This document shows, one piece after another, positions 46,911 to 58,266 of a DNA stretch of 64,000 bases (the first letter of the stretch is position 1; every line of letters begins with the position of its first letter). The position numbers and the translations under genes were made by a program. The stretch comes from a virus, in IMG/VR virus record IMGVR_UViG_3300014819_000003, positions 1-64,000 of that record, one strand, 5' to 3'. The notes under the pieces are model-generated. The model had not been told where the DNA came from. It saw nothing but the letters and a program-made list of their open reading frames with translations, and did not search any database.

Positions 46911-49900
46911 GTGTTTGTAAGTGAAGCATTAAAGACCCATCTTGAAACATCAGCAACAATAAACTTACAGTCTTTAGTTTTGGCTGAGTGGAATATGAAT
47001 ATGCCAGATAATATTTTTAAGGTTGGAAACTATCGATATAGACCTACAACAACTGGCTCTATATATAGAACACTCCCATCCACATTTGATCAGTTAGATG
47101 CTGGTAACTACTATACTGGCGCTACTGATGCAGATGTAGTTATAGATGGTGGTTTTGATAATACTGGTACACCACAACAATTTACATTAACTAAAGATAA
47201 AATGAAAATGATTTATTCTTTAGAAGATTGTTTAAAACCATTTAGACCTAGATCTGGAATTAATAAAGCCTTATATGTTTCTGGTAGATATCTTGCAAAT
47301 TCTGGAGCAAATCTTGCAGAGCGTCCAAGATACTATATGCCATCAAGATATGATCAATTTAGATACTGGACTTCTTATAGAACAGAAGAAGGCGCTGAAT
47401 ATGGAATTGCAAAAAATGTATCAAATGGATTATATTTTATTGATGATGCCGTTCCATTTGTTGTTTATAAAGAACCAGTTCCAGTAAACAGAGTTGTAGT
47501 AAAAATGCAAACAAATGTTGGATCTGTAGACCTTGGTCCATTTGCTACAAACACAGGAAGCATTAGCGATCCTTTATTTGGAGATGCTAATAAAACAACT
47601 CCAGCAAGATGGAAAATTCAATATCTTGATGGAACAAACTGGACTGATCTATACGTAATTAATGAGTTTGATACAAGAGATAACGAAACAAATTCTTCTA
47701 TTATAAGTTCAGATGGATATGTTGAATTAGAATACGGACTAATCATTCCAGATGCATATAAAGATATTTTTATATTTGCAGAACAACTATCATCAGATAC
47801 TATGCTTCCAGAATCCAATATTACTGGATATGCATATTTAATTGTAGAAAACGATGGAGAAGTTGGAACCTTTCATATTTGGACTGGCACAGAATATGAA
47901 ACATTTACTCCAACATATGGTTGGTCTCTTGGGTCTGAAACAATAACAAATCAAACAAACTTTGTAAATGATTTAACATCTCCGCAAACATTTACTGATG
48001 GAGTTGGCGGCGGTACAAAGTATAGACAATTTCAATACCTAAAGGGATTACGCATAGTAGTAGATACTATGAATAAACTAGATTCAACATTTGATCTTAT
48101 TGAAATGTCACCACGTTTAGTAGTAGATATATCTGATAAGGTTATTGACTATAGAGTAACAAAGATGCTCTCTGATCTTGGAAATAGTTCTATTCCAGTA
48201 GGTCAACTACTCGCATCAACTGGACAGATGACAATGTTTGATGATGATCAAGCCTTTAATGATAATAATACTAATAGCATAGTTTCTAACTACCTCCGTA
48301 AAAATATAAAATTTAATTTCTATGAAAAAATTATAAATGTTGATGGCTTTGATTATTTTATACCAATTAAAACTTTATACTCAGATGGTTTTCCACAAGC
48401 AGACGTTACTGGGGCAACAGTTTCTTTAGGACTAAGAGACTTTTATTTCTTTTTAGAGTCAATGCCAGCACCAAGACTATTGATGACTGAAACCTCATTA
48501 AGCATGGCCGTATCAACGCTTTTAGATTATATTGGTTTTTCAAATTATACTTTTAGAAGAGTAACTGGTGAATCAGATCCTGTAATACCATTTTTCTTTG
48601 TTGCACCAGATCAAAGCGTTGCAGAGGTCTTAAACCAATTAGCAATAGCAACACAGACAGCAATGTTCTTTGATGAATACAATAACTTTATTGTAATGAG
48701 CAAAGACTATTTGCTTCCAGAGTCAGGAAATCGTAGCACTGATTTTATATTATCTGGATCAAATAATCAAACAGATAATGGAGTTATTAAAAACTCAACA
48801 TCTGGAAATCTTCCAAATATAATTTCAATATCTTCGCAGGATAAAAAAATATATAATGATGGCAAAATTACATATACTACAAGATATATTCAAAGAACTT
48901 TTGGTGTAAGAAAACAAGCAGATAAGTTAGAATCTGAACAAACATGGATTTACCTACCATCACTGCTATGGGAAGTTGCTGGTACTGAAGAAACCAGATC
49001 AAGAAACAATGCAGCACAACAGGCAAGTGCTTATGCTTTAGGTGCTATTCCAATTAACTCCTCCTTAACATCTTCAGTTCCATCTGTATCTAATGGTGCT
49101 GTAATAAATAACATTATGGATCTTGGAGAGGGAATATTTTATTTGCCAAGGTATCAAGGATACTTCTATTCTAATGGAGAGATTATAAAATTTGATGCAG
49201 TTCAATTTAATATAACTGGAACTGGAAATGTATGGATTAGTAGTAATCAAGAATATCAGAGATACTTTGCTTCCCTGCCATTTAACGGAAAGATCTATCC
49301 TACAGGGCTAGTTAGAATATATTCCTTGCCATACTATGAGACGGTAGATGGAAATACAAGAATGAAATCTGGAGCAGTCTATCAACATGGTCGTGGACAA
49401 TTTGGAACACCAGTTGTAGAACATACTGCTGGTATCAATGAGTATTGGACAAATAATGATTATGTTCGTGGTTGTGATATGCAAACTCAGTATTTATTTA
49501 CAACTGTATTAGATGAAGATATAAATCCTCCATCTACAACAGTGGCTGCTGCTGGACAAAATAATACACTGGCTAGACAAACAACTAGAAATGGTATTAT
49601 AAAAAATTTTATGGCAACAAACTATTTAACAGAAACACAAGTTAATAACTTAAAAAGCACTCAATCTGGAACTATACAGTCCTCTGCTTTTGTTATGAAT
49701 GGCCCATCTTTTAAAACTACAGAAACACCATTAAACTTTGTTTCATACGTTTATAAAAATTTAGATAATGCATACAGGCACTTTGGAACAAGATTAAGAA
49801 TCATAGGCAAGATTGAAAACAATGAAGTTCGTGGACAAACTCCAATTGGCAGCACTCCATATTTCCAAATTACTGGATCTGGTACAAATCAAAATATTAG

Positions 49901-51230
49901 CATAGGTGGAGGATCTGGTGGTCTAGCAGTTCTTCTAAATCCAGAAACAAACAATGGATACTATTTTGAGATAGTTGCCCTTACAGAAAATAATATAGAG
50001 CAATACCTAAAGCGTGACAGTAAAACTGGTCAAGCGCAGGTATCTGTAAACAATATAGTTTTTTATAAAGTAAAAAAGGACTCATCAAACAACAATGCCA
50101 TTCCTATTAAACTTTGGGGTGGCCTAACAAATATATTAGTAGATGATGGAAGATTTACTGGACAGTATAGAAGGACGGCAGAAGAAAATCCAACAGTATA
50201 TGATTTGTCCGTAGAGTATCAAGATATAGGAAACTTTAGAAGATTCTATCTATATATAAACAATAAGTTAATTAAAATTGTTGATGATAAAGATCCACTT
50301 CCAGTTTATAATAACATGGCTCTTTTTGTAAGAGGATCTTCAAGATGTATGTTTGAAAATATATATGCCTTAACAAATAATTATGCACAAAATACTGTAT
50401 TTACAGTTGGAGAAACTTTGTCAAGTGCTTTTGGAGATAAAGAGATTGATGCTAATGAATCATTAAGAAAATATGCAATGAGTGGTATTGTTCAATCTAC
50501 ATACCTGTCTGGAATTAGTACGCAACAGCCACCTAAATACAATATGTACTTTGATGAGTTCGGCAGTATTATGCGTGAGTGTGCATATTTTGATATTAGA
50601 TATGATCGTGCGTACCCTGCTCTTTATGCAAAAATAGCACCGACATTTAATAGAATGAAAGGCTATAGCATATCTGGATTTCAGGCTGATTCATATGGAG
50701 CAGAATTTTTAGTGTTTAACACTACGGATACTGTACTAGTTCTTGATGATACAAGTGGTAACTATTTAAGAATTTTAGGTATAACATTTACCCAAGATAC
50801 AACACATGAATTATCTGTTGATGAATACTTTAAAAAGAAAAGCAATTTATCAGATCCAGAATTTGAAGGTGATTCAATAACCACTTCTGCCTTAGTAGAA
50901 AAATCTAAATATGATGAGATAAAACTAAGTAGATTGATATATGGTAAAAGTGAATTTGCTTTAGAAAGTCAATACATTCAGTCTCAAGATGATGCAGAAA
51001 GTATACTTGGATGGATTATAAATAAAACTAAAGATCCAAAAAAGGCAATAGGTTTAGAGGTGTTTACAATTCCTACCTTGCAGTTAGGTGACATTGTTAC
51101 AGTTACATATCAAAATAATGACGGTCTAGATTTAGTTACAGATTCGGAAACAAGATTTGTAGTATATAATATTGATTATTCTAGATCAAATGCTGGACCA
51201 AGTATGACTTTATATTTGAGTGAGGTGTAG
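46911..51230 (+). CDS. large tail tip/hub protein
   Basis: C-terminal LQLGDIVTV hub motif; synteny. Confidence 0.7.
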   Translation: MFVSEALKTHLETSATINLQSLVLAEWNMNMPDNIFKVGNYRYRPTTTGSIYRTLPSTFDQLDAGNYYTGATDADVVIDGGFDNTGTPQQFTLTKDKMKMIYSLEDCLKPFRPRSGINKALYVSGRYLANSGANLAERPRYYMPSRYDQFRYWTSYRTEEGAEYGIAKNVSNGLYFIDDAVPFVVYKEPVPVNRVVVKMQTNVGSVDLGPFATNTGSISDPLFGDANKTTPARWKIQYLDGTNWTDLYVINEFDTRDNETNSSIISSDGYVELEYGLIIPDAYKDIFIFAEQLSSDTMLPESNITGYAYLIVENDGEVGTFHIWTGTEYETFTPTYGWSLGSETITNQTNFVNDLTSPQTFTDGVGGGTKYRQFQYLKGLRIVVDTMNKLDSTFDLIEMSPRLVVDISDKVIDYRVTKMLSDLGNSSIPVGQLLASTGQMTMFDDDQAFNDNNTNSIVSNYLRKNIKFNFYEKIINVDGFDYFIPIKTLYSDGFPQADVTGATVSLGLRDFYFFLESMPAPRLLMTETSLSMAVSTLLDYIGFSNYTFRRVTGESDPVIPFFFVAPDQSVAEVLNQLAIATQTAMFFDEYNNFIVMSKDYLLPESGNRSTDFILSGSNNQTDNGVIKNSTSGNLPNIISISSQDKKIYNDGKITYTTRYIQRTFGVRKQADKLESEQTWIYLPSLLWEVAGTEETRSRNNAAQQASAYALGAIPINSSLTSSVPSVSNGAVINNIMDLGEGIFYLPRYQGYFYSNGEIIKFDAVQFNITGTGNVWISSNQEYQRYFASLPFNGKIYPTGLVRIYSLPYYETVDGNTRMKSGAVYQHGRGQFGTPVVEHTAGINEYWTNNDYVRGCDMQTQYLFTTVLDEDINPPSTTVAAAGQNNTLARQTTRNGIIKNFMATNYLTETQVNNLKSTQSGTIQSSAFVMNGPSFKTTETPLNFVSYVYKNLDNAYRHFGTRLRIIGKIENNEVRGQTPIGSTPYFQITGSGTNQNISIGGGSGGLAVLLNPETNNGYYFEIVALTENNIEQYLKRDSKTGQAQVSVNNIVFYKVKKDSSNNNAIPIKLWGGLTNILVDDGRFTGQYRRTAEENPTVYDLSVEYQDIGNFRRFYLYINNKLIKIVDDKDPLPVYNNMALFVRGSSRCMFENIYALTNNYAQNTVFTVGETLSSAFGDKEIDANESLRKYAMSGIVQSTYLSGISTQQPPKYNMYFDEFGSIMRECAYFDIRYDRAYPALYAKIAPTFNRMKGYSISGFQADSYGAEFLVFNTTDTVLVLDDTSGNYLRILGITFTQDTTHELSVDEYFKKKSNLSDPEFEGDSITTSALVEKSKYDEIKLSRLIYGKSEFALESQYIQSQDDAESILGWIINKTKDPKKAIGLEVFTIPTLQLGDIVTVTYQNNDGLDLVTDSETRFVVYNIDYSRSNAGPSMTLYLSEV

Positions 51231-51231
51231 T

Positions 51232-52200
51232 ATGGCACGTCTTGAAGATGATGCAATTCCACCAATTATTAAAAAACCATCTACATCTGAGTTTGATACT
51301 GCAATAAGAAATATTAAACAAATAATTGCAGATTCACAAGCAGCAAGAGAGGCTAGACAAAAGGCTGCTGCAGAGAAAAAAGCACAACTTGATGCACAAC
51401 GTGAGGCTGCATTTGCTCCGATATATGAAAGAATAGAAACTGCAAGGCAGAATGTAGCAGCAATTAAAGAAGATTTAGCAGATGGAGTTTATAAAGGTAC
51501 TCCGATAGTAACTCCAACTCCAACACCTACTCCAAAACCAAAAACTGTAACAGGTGTAACTTATGTAGGAACATGTTTAAATAGAAAAAAGATAACATCG
51601 TATTCTGATGGAACAACAACTTCAGAGTCTGCACCAGAAAATTGTGATGATGGTAATAATGGAGGATTTAGCACAAGTCTAATAGATACACCGACTACGC
51701 CTACTCCAACGCCACCACCAACTCCTACAAAGCCTCCAGCCCCACCACCTCCTCCACCTCCACCACCTAAAACAGCACCTATAGATACTGTATTAATTGA
51801 TCAAGAAGCAGTAGATATTGAGATAATGCAAGATCTTATATGGGAAGATATTGGTGGACATGAACTTATTAATATTGCTAGAAATGATATTGTTAATGGA
51901 CAAACTGTTTCGTATCAGCCAATAAAAAATTTAACAACAATCAATCAGCAATATAATCCTAATAATATTGTTAGTCTTCAAAATACCTCCGATAAATACT
52001 TTGCAAACTTTTCAATTAAACTTGAAACAAAGACTTTAGAAGAGGGCGAGGGTAGCGGACCAGACGGAGCATATGTATATATAGAAGATGCTACAGGGGA
52101 TCTAATAGTAGAACTTATCAACTTAGAGCCTGATGAACAAATAGAAGTTCAAATCAGCCTAAGTGGTACAATATATGAGGCGGAGTTTAATGAATCATGA
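51232..52200 (+). CDS. minor tail protein with Pro/Thr-rich linker
   Basis: PTPTP/PPPP linker; conserved-looking C-terminal domain. Confidence 0.65.
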   Translation: MARLEDDAIPPIIKKPSTSEFDTAIRNIKQIIADSQAAREARQKAAAEKKAQLDAQREAAFAPIYERIETARQNVAAIKEDLADGVYKGTPIVTPTPTPTPKPKTVTGVTYVGTCLNRKKITSYSDGTTTSESAPENCDDGNNGGFSTSLIDTPTTPTPTPPPTPTKPPAPPPPPPPPPKTAPIDTVLIDQEAVDIEIMQDLIWEDIGGHELINIARNDIVNGQTVSYQPIKNLTTINQQYNPNNIVSLQNTSDKYFANFSIKLETKTLEEGEGSGPDGAYVYIEDATGDLIVELINLEPDEQIEVQISLSGTIYEAEFNES

Positions 52201-53330
52201 TAACTAATACTGGTAAGAATATTATTGGCAAGTACCTGCTTGGACAGGCACCTGCATATGCATCCTATATAGCCGTTGGATGCGGTCCAGAGCCTCTATC
52301 AACAGCAGACCCATATGGTAACTACGCCACAAAAGAAAACCTTGACTTTGAAATGTTTCGTGTACCAATCTCATCAAGAGGTTTTATTAATGATGCGGGT
52401 ATAACAAAACTAGTATTGACTGCAGAATTGCCGACGGAAGAAAGATATGAAATAACAGAAGTAGGATTATATTCAGCAGGAACAAACCCATCTGCTGGAG
52501 CATATGATAGTAAGACTGTATTTGCATTTACTACTGGAGAGACGTGGCAATATCATTCTGCTACCTCGGCAGTTGAGATAGATACTATAACTGTAGCACT
52601 TGATGATCCAAGTGTCGGTGGAGCAGAAGATGACATAATTGCAGTATCAGATGTTGTATTTCAAACAAACGCTGATAATGCTACATTCTATAATGTAGAT
52701 AGAGCAGATAGATATGAAAGATGCAGATTTTTTAATAACATAATTGTAATACAAGGAGATACTGCCGAATTAACATCCGCAACATCTGGTTTTACAATTG
52801 TTGCAGGATCTGATCATATTCATAAAACTGGTATTGATGTAGACTTTACAAGAAATGCACCAACTGATGAACTTCGTCTTGCATTTTCTATTATAAACAA
52901 AGACGGTGGATCTGCCTCATCTCCTACTAAAGTAAAAATATTGGTTGAGTTTGCTGATACTGAAGGTGGATCTCCAGAATATGCTAGGTTTGAAGTTGAA
53001 GCACAAGACGGTGTAGGAAACTATGATTTTGCAAATAATAGATATTATGTTGTAACAAAACAACTTCAAGATCTAATAGTTACAAATAACTTTACATGGG
53101 ATGCAGTAACTGTTGTTAAGATTTATGTTTCAACAGAGGTTACAGGAAGTCCATCAGATGATTACTATGTGGCACTAGATGCTATGCGATTAGAAAATGT
53201 AACTACGTCTAACCCACTTTATGGACTAACTGGTTATACCGTCGTTAAAAATACAGATGCAGAAACTGTTATTAAATCACCAAATACCAGTAACTATATA
53301 GAATTTAGATTTTCTGTCGGAGTTTCATAA
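52197..53330 (+). CDS. minor tail/baseplate protein
   Basis: MITNTGK...YIAVG.G, ITEVGLY motifs. Confidence 0.7.
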   Translation: MITNTGKNIIGKYLLGQAPAYASYIAVGCGPEPLSTADPYGNYATKENLDFEMFRVPISSRGFINDAGITKLVLTAELPTEERYEITEVGLYSAGTNPSAGAYDSKTVFAFTTGETWQYHSATSAVEIDTITVALDDPSVGGAEDDIIAVSDVVFQTNADNATFYNVDRADRYERCRFFNNIIVIQGDTAELTSATSGFTIVAGSDHIHKTGIDVDFTRNAPTDELRLAFSIINKDGGSASSPTKVKILVEFADTEGGSPEYARFEVEAQDGVGNYDFANNRYYVVTKQLQDLIVTNNFTWDAVTVVKIYVSTEVTGSPSDDYYVALDAMRLENVTTSNPLYGLTGYTVVKNTDAETVIKSPNTSNYIEFRFSVGVS

Positions 53331-53749
53331 TGGCAAATAAAATTTTAAGAATTCCAAAAAATCAACTTCCACCAGTTCCATCAGACAATAAATATTCTGT
53401 TAGATTTAGAGTTGTATCAGAAGATAAAAACAGATCTTCTCATTGGTCCCCAATTCATATAATTGATTCTACTGCCCCAGTAGCAGTTAATGGAACTGTT
53501 GTTGTTAATGGAAGCGCAATAACTGCAATTTGGGAAGACGAAGAAGGTCGTCCATATTATGATGTTTTTGTAAAATTTGATTCTGGAACATATCAATATC
53601 ACGGCACCACTGGAGTTCATAGTTATAATTTTTTAAAAGCGGCTGCAGCAACTAGCACAGTTCGTGTAGCAGTACAAATCGCTGGAGCACCACCAAAAGC
53701 AAGAAATGCAACATTAGAAATTTGGGAATCATCAGTAACCTCATTGTAG
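53330..53749 (+). CDS. minor tail protein
   Basis: RFRVVSEDKNRSSHWS; synteny. Confidence 0.55.
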   Translation: MANKILRIPKNQLPPVPSDNKYSVRFRVVSEDKNRSSHWSPIHIIDSTAPVAVNGTVVVNGSAITAIWEDEEGRPYYDVFVKFDSGTYQYHGTTGVHSYNFLKAAAATSTVRVAVQIAGAPPKARNATLEIWESSVTSL

Positions 53750-53781
53750 GCTCTACTGGTATAATTGACTAAAGGAGAAAT

Positions 53782-54225
53782 ATGGCAAAAGTACCACTAC
53801 CAGAACGAGGTCAGCCTCTTGATGTAACTTATATTTATCAATTGGCAGAAACCATCAACGATCTGGCAACTCAGGTATCATCTGCTACCTATAACTATAC
53901 TACTATTGATACTGTTAGTGCTGGAAAACAAAGTGTAAAAACATCAGAGGCTAGAGTAATCGGCGGGTATGTAGAAGTAGCCAATAACTCTACAGTAAGC
54001 GCAGGTAATGAAAAGACTTTTTCATACGACTTTCCATCAGACTTTAAATATGCACCAATTGCTACAGCAACACCTATTAACATAGGTAATACACCAGCAG
54101 GACAAAATGTTACAGTTATTTTAAAATCAGTAACTACATCAAGAGTTGAAGGCGTAGTTCGCTTTGGTGCATCTGGCGATCTTTCGCTTAACGTAAATAT
54201 TATTGTTGTTGGTATTCCAAACTAA
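53782..54225 (+). CDS. minor tail protein with H-type-lectin/gp53-like C-terminus
   Basis: F...F...P...AT...VNIIVVG pattern. Confidence 0.55.
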   Translation: MAKVPLPERGQPLDVTYIYQLAETINDLATQVSSATYNYTTIDTVSAGKQSVKTSEARVIGGYVEVANNSTVSAGNEKTFSYDFPSDFKYAPIATATPINIGNTPAGQNVTVILKSVTTSRVEGVVRFGASGDLSLNVNIIVVGIPN

Positions 54226-54234
54226 GGGGTAATT

Positions 54235-54429
54235 TTGGTTCTTCGTTGCAAAAAGTGCAATGGCAGAATGTTTGTTGACAGACAGTATTCTAGTCAGATA
54301 CACTTAGAGATATATTGCTTGGCGTGTGGTAATAGGAAGTTTTTCCATCCCCCGTCAGACAGCAAGGAGGGTTTATGGCTCATGGCCCAAGAAACATTGA
54401 GAGCAAAGACTATAATAACAAGCCTGTAA
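54235..54429 (+). CDS. zinc-ribbon protein
   Basis: CKKC.GRM...CLACG. Confidence 0.75.
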   Translation: MVLRCKKCNGRMFVDRQYSSQIHLEIYCLACGNRKFFHPPSDSKEGLWLMAQETLRAKTIITSL

Positions 54430-54917
54430 TTAAAGGTAATAAAAAGATTTGGTTTCTTAATGGTGACCTTGTAAGACTTTATCATAGTTCTAGATCAACA
54501 GGAATGGTAACTGTTTATAATATTACAAAAGATAGATTGGAAACTTGCTTGCGATACGATTTTAGAAAAAATAGAGAAAGAGCGTTCACTGTATCAGAAA
54601 CTGCTCAACTTGTCAATAGGCATCGTAAATATTTTCCATCATTAGTGAAAAAAGGAATTATTCCACCACCTATGGGATCACAGCCTGGAGGGGTTCGTGG
54701 TTGGCAAATAAGAGCATATTATTCCGAATCGCAAGTTAAAGAGATTCGTGATATACTCGCTAGTTATCATCTAGGTAGACCTAGAAAAGATAAGTTAATT
54801 ACAAATGGAATTACACCAACAAAGCAAGAGTTGACACGCAGAATTGGTGATGGTATACTGACATATACGAAAACTGAAGATGGAAGATTTGTTCCAGTTT
54901 GGTCAGAAAAGATTTAG
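54375..54917 (+). CDS. MerR-like HTH DNA-binding protein
   Basis: FTVSETAQLVNRH...G.IP.P...R.Y.E. Confidence 0.65.
   Translation: MAHGPRNIESKDYNNKPVIKGNKKIWFLNGDLVRLYHSSRSTGMVTVYNITKDRLETCLRYDFRKNRERAFTVSETAQLVNRHRKYFPSLVKKGIIPPPMGSQPGGVRGWQIRAYYSESQVKEIRDILASYHLGRPRKDKLITNGITPTKQELTRRIGDGILTYTKTEDGRFVPVWSEKI
54831..54859 (+). promoter_or_regulatory. sigmaA promoter for replication operon
   Basis: TTGACA-17-TATACT with extended TG. Confidence 0.7.
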
Positions 54918-54932
54918 TCCTTGGGAGGGGCA

Positions 54933-55142
54933 ATGGAAAAAGAGAGCACAAAGGTATCAGCAACACTTGGCTACACACTTAATCTTGGTAACTTTCAGTC
55001 ATTGAGAGTTGATCTTGGAGTTGTAGATAATGTTCGTGATAATGAAAATGTAGACGAAGCAATGAATCGTATATATGATTTTGTTGAGAGCAAAGTTATT
55101 GAAAAGGTTAATGAAGCAAAGGCAGCACTGGTAGAAGAATAA
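54933..55142 (+). CDS. conserved hypothetical protein
   Basis: GYTLNLGNFQSLRVD motif. Confidence 0.7.
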   Translation: MEKESTKVSATLGYTLNLGNFQSLRVDLGVVDNVRDNENVDEAMNRIYDFVESKVIEKVNEAKAALVEE

Positions 55143-55143
55143 T

Positions 55144-55452
55144 ATGGCTGATCGCAAAGACCGTATGGCTTTGCTCAGTCGGTATAACAAACTGCATTTG
55201 CAAAGGTACGAAAAGAAGTCTACACTCAACCTTAATGTTGAGCAATGGGCTGCTGATGCACTTGTTGAATCATATGGACTTCAGCAATGTTATGATTTAC
55301 TAACATATTATTTTGAGATATCTAAAAATCCATCTTGGAATAGTTTTGCTTATAACGCACAAGATTTGCTTGATGGTAAAATTGCTATAGAACAAGATTT
55401 AAAAGAACGTGAAGAGCGCAGGGCAAAGGCTAGGGAGTGGCTAAATGGTTGA
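55144..55452 (+). CDS. hypothetical protein upstream of helicase
   Basis: ORF track, coupled. Confidence 0.7.
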   Translation: MADRKDRMALLSRYNKLHLQRYEKKSTLNLNVEQWAADALVESYGLQQCYDLLTYYFEISKNPSWNSFAYNAQDLLDGKIAIEQDLKEREERRAKAREWLNG

Positions 55453-56671
55453 TATAGAATCTAAATTAATTTCTGCAGTTCTTAATGATAAACAGATACA
55501 TGTATTACTTCAGGCTAATGTAGAAAATATTATGCGAACCCATACAGATGTATGGCAGTTCATTCGTAGGTATGCTGAGACTAATGGCTCAGTACCTCCA
55601 GTTTCTTTGGTAGTTGAGAAGTTTAGAGATTTTGTTCCAGATAAAGAAGTAGGCGCTACCAAACATCATCTAGAAGAATTGCAAGTTGAGTATTTAAATG
55701 AAAGCGTAAAAGACATTCTTAGATCTGCAGCATCAGAGGTGCAGGCAGGAAATGGAACAGCAGCACTAAATGATTTAATTACAAAAACATCAGAGTTGAA
55801 GAAAAATACTTCAACCATTCGTGATATTGATGCTACAGATATTCAGTCTGCTATCGCATATTTTGAAAATGTCCGTAAGGAACAAGAGTTAGGCAAGATA
55901 GGTATCAGAACTGGTCTGCCAGGATTTGACAATTATCTCCCATCTGGAATCATGCCAGGTCAACTCGGTATCTTTCTTGCCTATCCAGGAATTGGTAAGT
56001 CATGGCTATCTTTGTACTTTGCAGTACAGGCATGGAAGCAAGGTAAGACTCCGTTGGTTATCAGTCTTGAAATGTCTGAGGTAGAAGTTCGTAACCGTGT
56101 CTATGCAATTATGGGTGAAGGCTTATGGTCGCATCGTAAACTTAGCAATGGTGAAGTAGAAATAGATATGCTTAAGAAATGGCATACAGATAGAATTGAA
56201 GGCAAGCCACCATTCCATATTATTTCTAATGATAACGGTGGCGAGATTACTCCATCTGTAATTCGTGGCAAGATAGATCAATATAAACCAGACTTTGTTA
56301 TTGTTGACTACTTGCAACTTATGAGTCCAAACCAAAAGTCTGATAATGAGACGGTACGAATGAAGAACCTTTCACGAGAACTAAAACTTATGTCTATTAG
56401 TGAAGAAGTTCCTATTATCTCTATTTCTTCTGCTACACCTGATGATGTTACAAATCTAAATACCGTGCCAACTTTGGGTCAAACAGCATGGTCACGACAG
56501 ATTGCATATGATGCAGACTGGGTTCTTGCACTTGGTCGTGCAGCAAACAGTGATATTATTGAATGTGCATTTAGGAAAAACCGTAATGGTTTTATGGGAG
56601 ACTTCCTAATTCAGGTTGACTTTGACAAAGGCTATTACAGATATAAAGACTTTGAGGCTGCAAATGTTTAA
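55445..56671 (+). CDS. dnaB: DnaB-like replicative helicase
   Basis: AYPGIGKS Walker A, SLEMS, IVDYLQLM, KNRNG. Confidence 0.93.
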   Translation: MVDIESKLISAVLNDKQIHVLLQANVENIMRTHTDVWQFIRRYAETNGSVPPVSLVVEKFRDFVPDKEVGATKHHLEELQVEYLNESVKDILRSAASEVQAGNGTAALNDLITKTSELKKNTSTIRDIDATDIQSAIAYFENVRKEQELGKIGIRTGLPGFDNYLPSGIMPGQLGIFLAYPGIGKSWLSLYFAVQAWKQGKTPLVISLEMSEVEVRNRVYAIMGEGLWSHRKLSNGEVEIDMLKKWHTDRIEGKPPFHIISNDNGGEITPSVIRGKIDQYKPDFVIVDYLQLMSPNQKSDNETVRMKNLSRELKLMSISEEVPIISISSATPDDVTNLNTVPTLGQTAWSRQIAYDADWVLALGRAANSDIIECAFRKNRNGFMGDFLIQVDFDKGYYRYKDFEAANV

Positions 56672-57587
56672 TGAAACATACACAGAAGAACAAGTAGAGC
56701 GAGTCCTAAATGGGGTAGGTATTGAACCTGCATCAGAGACAGAAAGTAACTTTATGGTTTTCTGTCCGTTTCATAATAATTCTCGTACGCCAGCAGGAAC
56801 TGTATCCAAGGAAAAGGGTTTGTTCTTTTGCTTTGGCTGCCAGACAAGCAAGAATCTTGTAGAGTTTGTTATGGCTATATCAAATAGATCTTATTTTGAA
56901 TCTGTTAGATATATTAAGCAGAAAGATAGCGAGACAGACATTACACAACTTGTAAACAAAAAGTTGTATGTTGCTCCTGAATTTGTGCAGTTTGACGAGG
57001 TATTAATCAAGAGACTAAACAATCAAGCACTAGAAACACCAAGAGCCATGAACTATTTTCATAGTCGTAGAATAACAGAGGCATCTGTTAATAAGTTTAC
57101 TCTTGGATATTCAGATAAGCAAGACTATGTGACAATACCAGTTCAGTCTCCAGATGGCATGACTATTGGTTTTGTAGCAAGATCTATAGAAGGCAAAGAG
57201 TTTAAAAATACACCAGGTCTTCCAAAATCAAAGATACTATTTAATCTTCATAGAGTTAGATCGTCTAAATTTATTTATGTAGTTGAATCATCTTTTGATG
57301 CAATCAGATTAGACCAAGTAGGTTTCCCCGCAGTTGCTACCCTAGGGGCTAATGTTTCATCTGTTCAGATGGATCTATTGGAAAAGTATTTCAGCGATGT
57401 TATACTTGTAGCAGACAATGATGAAGCAGGTTCTACAATGATAGAGCGTATTGTTGGAAAGATAGGCTCAAAAGTATCTGTTTTAAACATTGACAAAAAA
57501 TATAAAGACATAGGCGAAATGAGCGACGAGGAAATCAAAAAACTAGAATATAAGTTTGACAACTCTATAGTCGCTATGCTAAAATAG
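56664..57587 (+). CDS. dnaG: DNA primase (CHC2 zinc finger plus TOPRIM)
   Basis: CPFH...CFGC; VESSFD; DNDEAG; KDIGE. Confidence 0.92.
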   Translation: MFNETYTEEQVERVLNGVGIEPASETESNFMVFCPFHNNSRTPAGTVSKEKGLFFCFGCQTSKNLVEFVMAISNRSYFESVRYIKQKDSETDITQLVNKKLYVAPEFVQFDEVLIKRLNNQALETPRAMNYFHSRRITEASVNKFTLGYSDKQDYVTIPVQSPDGMTIGFVARSIEGKEFKNTPGLPKSKILFNLHRVRSSKFIYVVESSFDAIRLDQVGFPAVATLGANVSSVQMDLLEKYFSDVILVADNDEAGSTMIERIVGKIGSKVSVLNIDKKYKDIGEMSDEEIKKLEYKFDNSIVAMLK

Positions 57588-57605
57588 AAAAAACAAGGAG
57601 AAACA

Positions 57606-58259
57606 ATGACAATAGTAAAAGGGCTAAAGAATATCAACGCTCTAGTTGATAAGCCAAAATATGAAGGTACTGGATCAAAAGTCCGCTGGCTCAAGTTGGC
57701 AGACGGTCAATCAGTAAAAATTCGTTTCATTGAAGAGTTGGATGAAGACTCTTCTAACTACAATGACAAGCGTGGTCTTGCTCTTGTTGTTAAGGAACAT
57801 ACAAACCCAAAGGACTACAAGCGCCGTGCTCTAGACACAATGGAAGCAGAAGGCCGTGACTGGGCAGAAGAAATGCATCGTAAAGATCCAAAGGCTGGAT
57901 GGCGAGCACGTCTTCGTTTCTACTGCAATGTGTTAGTAGACGATGGTCTTGAAGAGCCATATGTTGCTGTTTGGGCAATGGGTGTAAGCAAGCAATCTGC
58001 ATTTAATACAATTCGTGAGTATGCACTAGAAACTGGTAGCATCTCAAACCTAACATGGAAGTTGAAGCGTAACGGTCAGGGAACTGAAACAAGTTACACA
58101 CTTATTCCAGGAGTTCCAGATAAGGAACCATATGACTGGTCTAAGGTTGAGCCATTCCCACTAGAGAAGGCTCTCAACAAAATTCCATACGCTGAACAAG
58201 AGGCATTCTATCTCGGATTTGATACACCATCTGCTGGTTCATCAAATATTGAGTGGTAA
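57606..58259 (+). CDS. single-stranded DNA-binding protein (gp32-like)
   Basis: KRNGQGTETSY motif, acidic tail; own promoter TTGACA-18-TAAAAT at 57556-57585. Confidence 0.7.
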   Translation: MTIVKGLKNINALVDKPKYEGTGSKVRWLKLADGQSVKIRFIEELDEDSSNYNDKRGLALVVKEHTNPKDYKRRALDTMEAEGRDWAEEMHRKDPKAGWRARLRFYCNVLVDDGLEEPYVAVWAMGVSKQSAFNTIREYALETGSISNLTWKLKRNGQGTETSYTLIPGVPDKEPYDWSKVEPFPLEKALNKIPYAEQEAFYLGFDTPSAGSSNIEW

Positions 58260-58266
58260 TTAACTA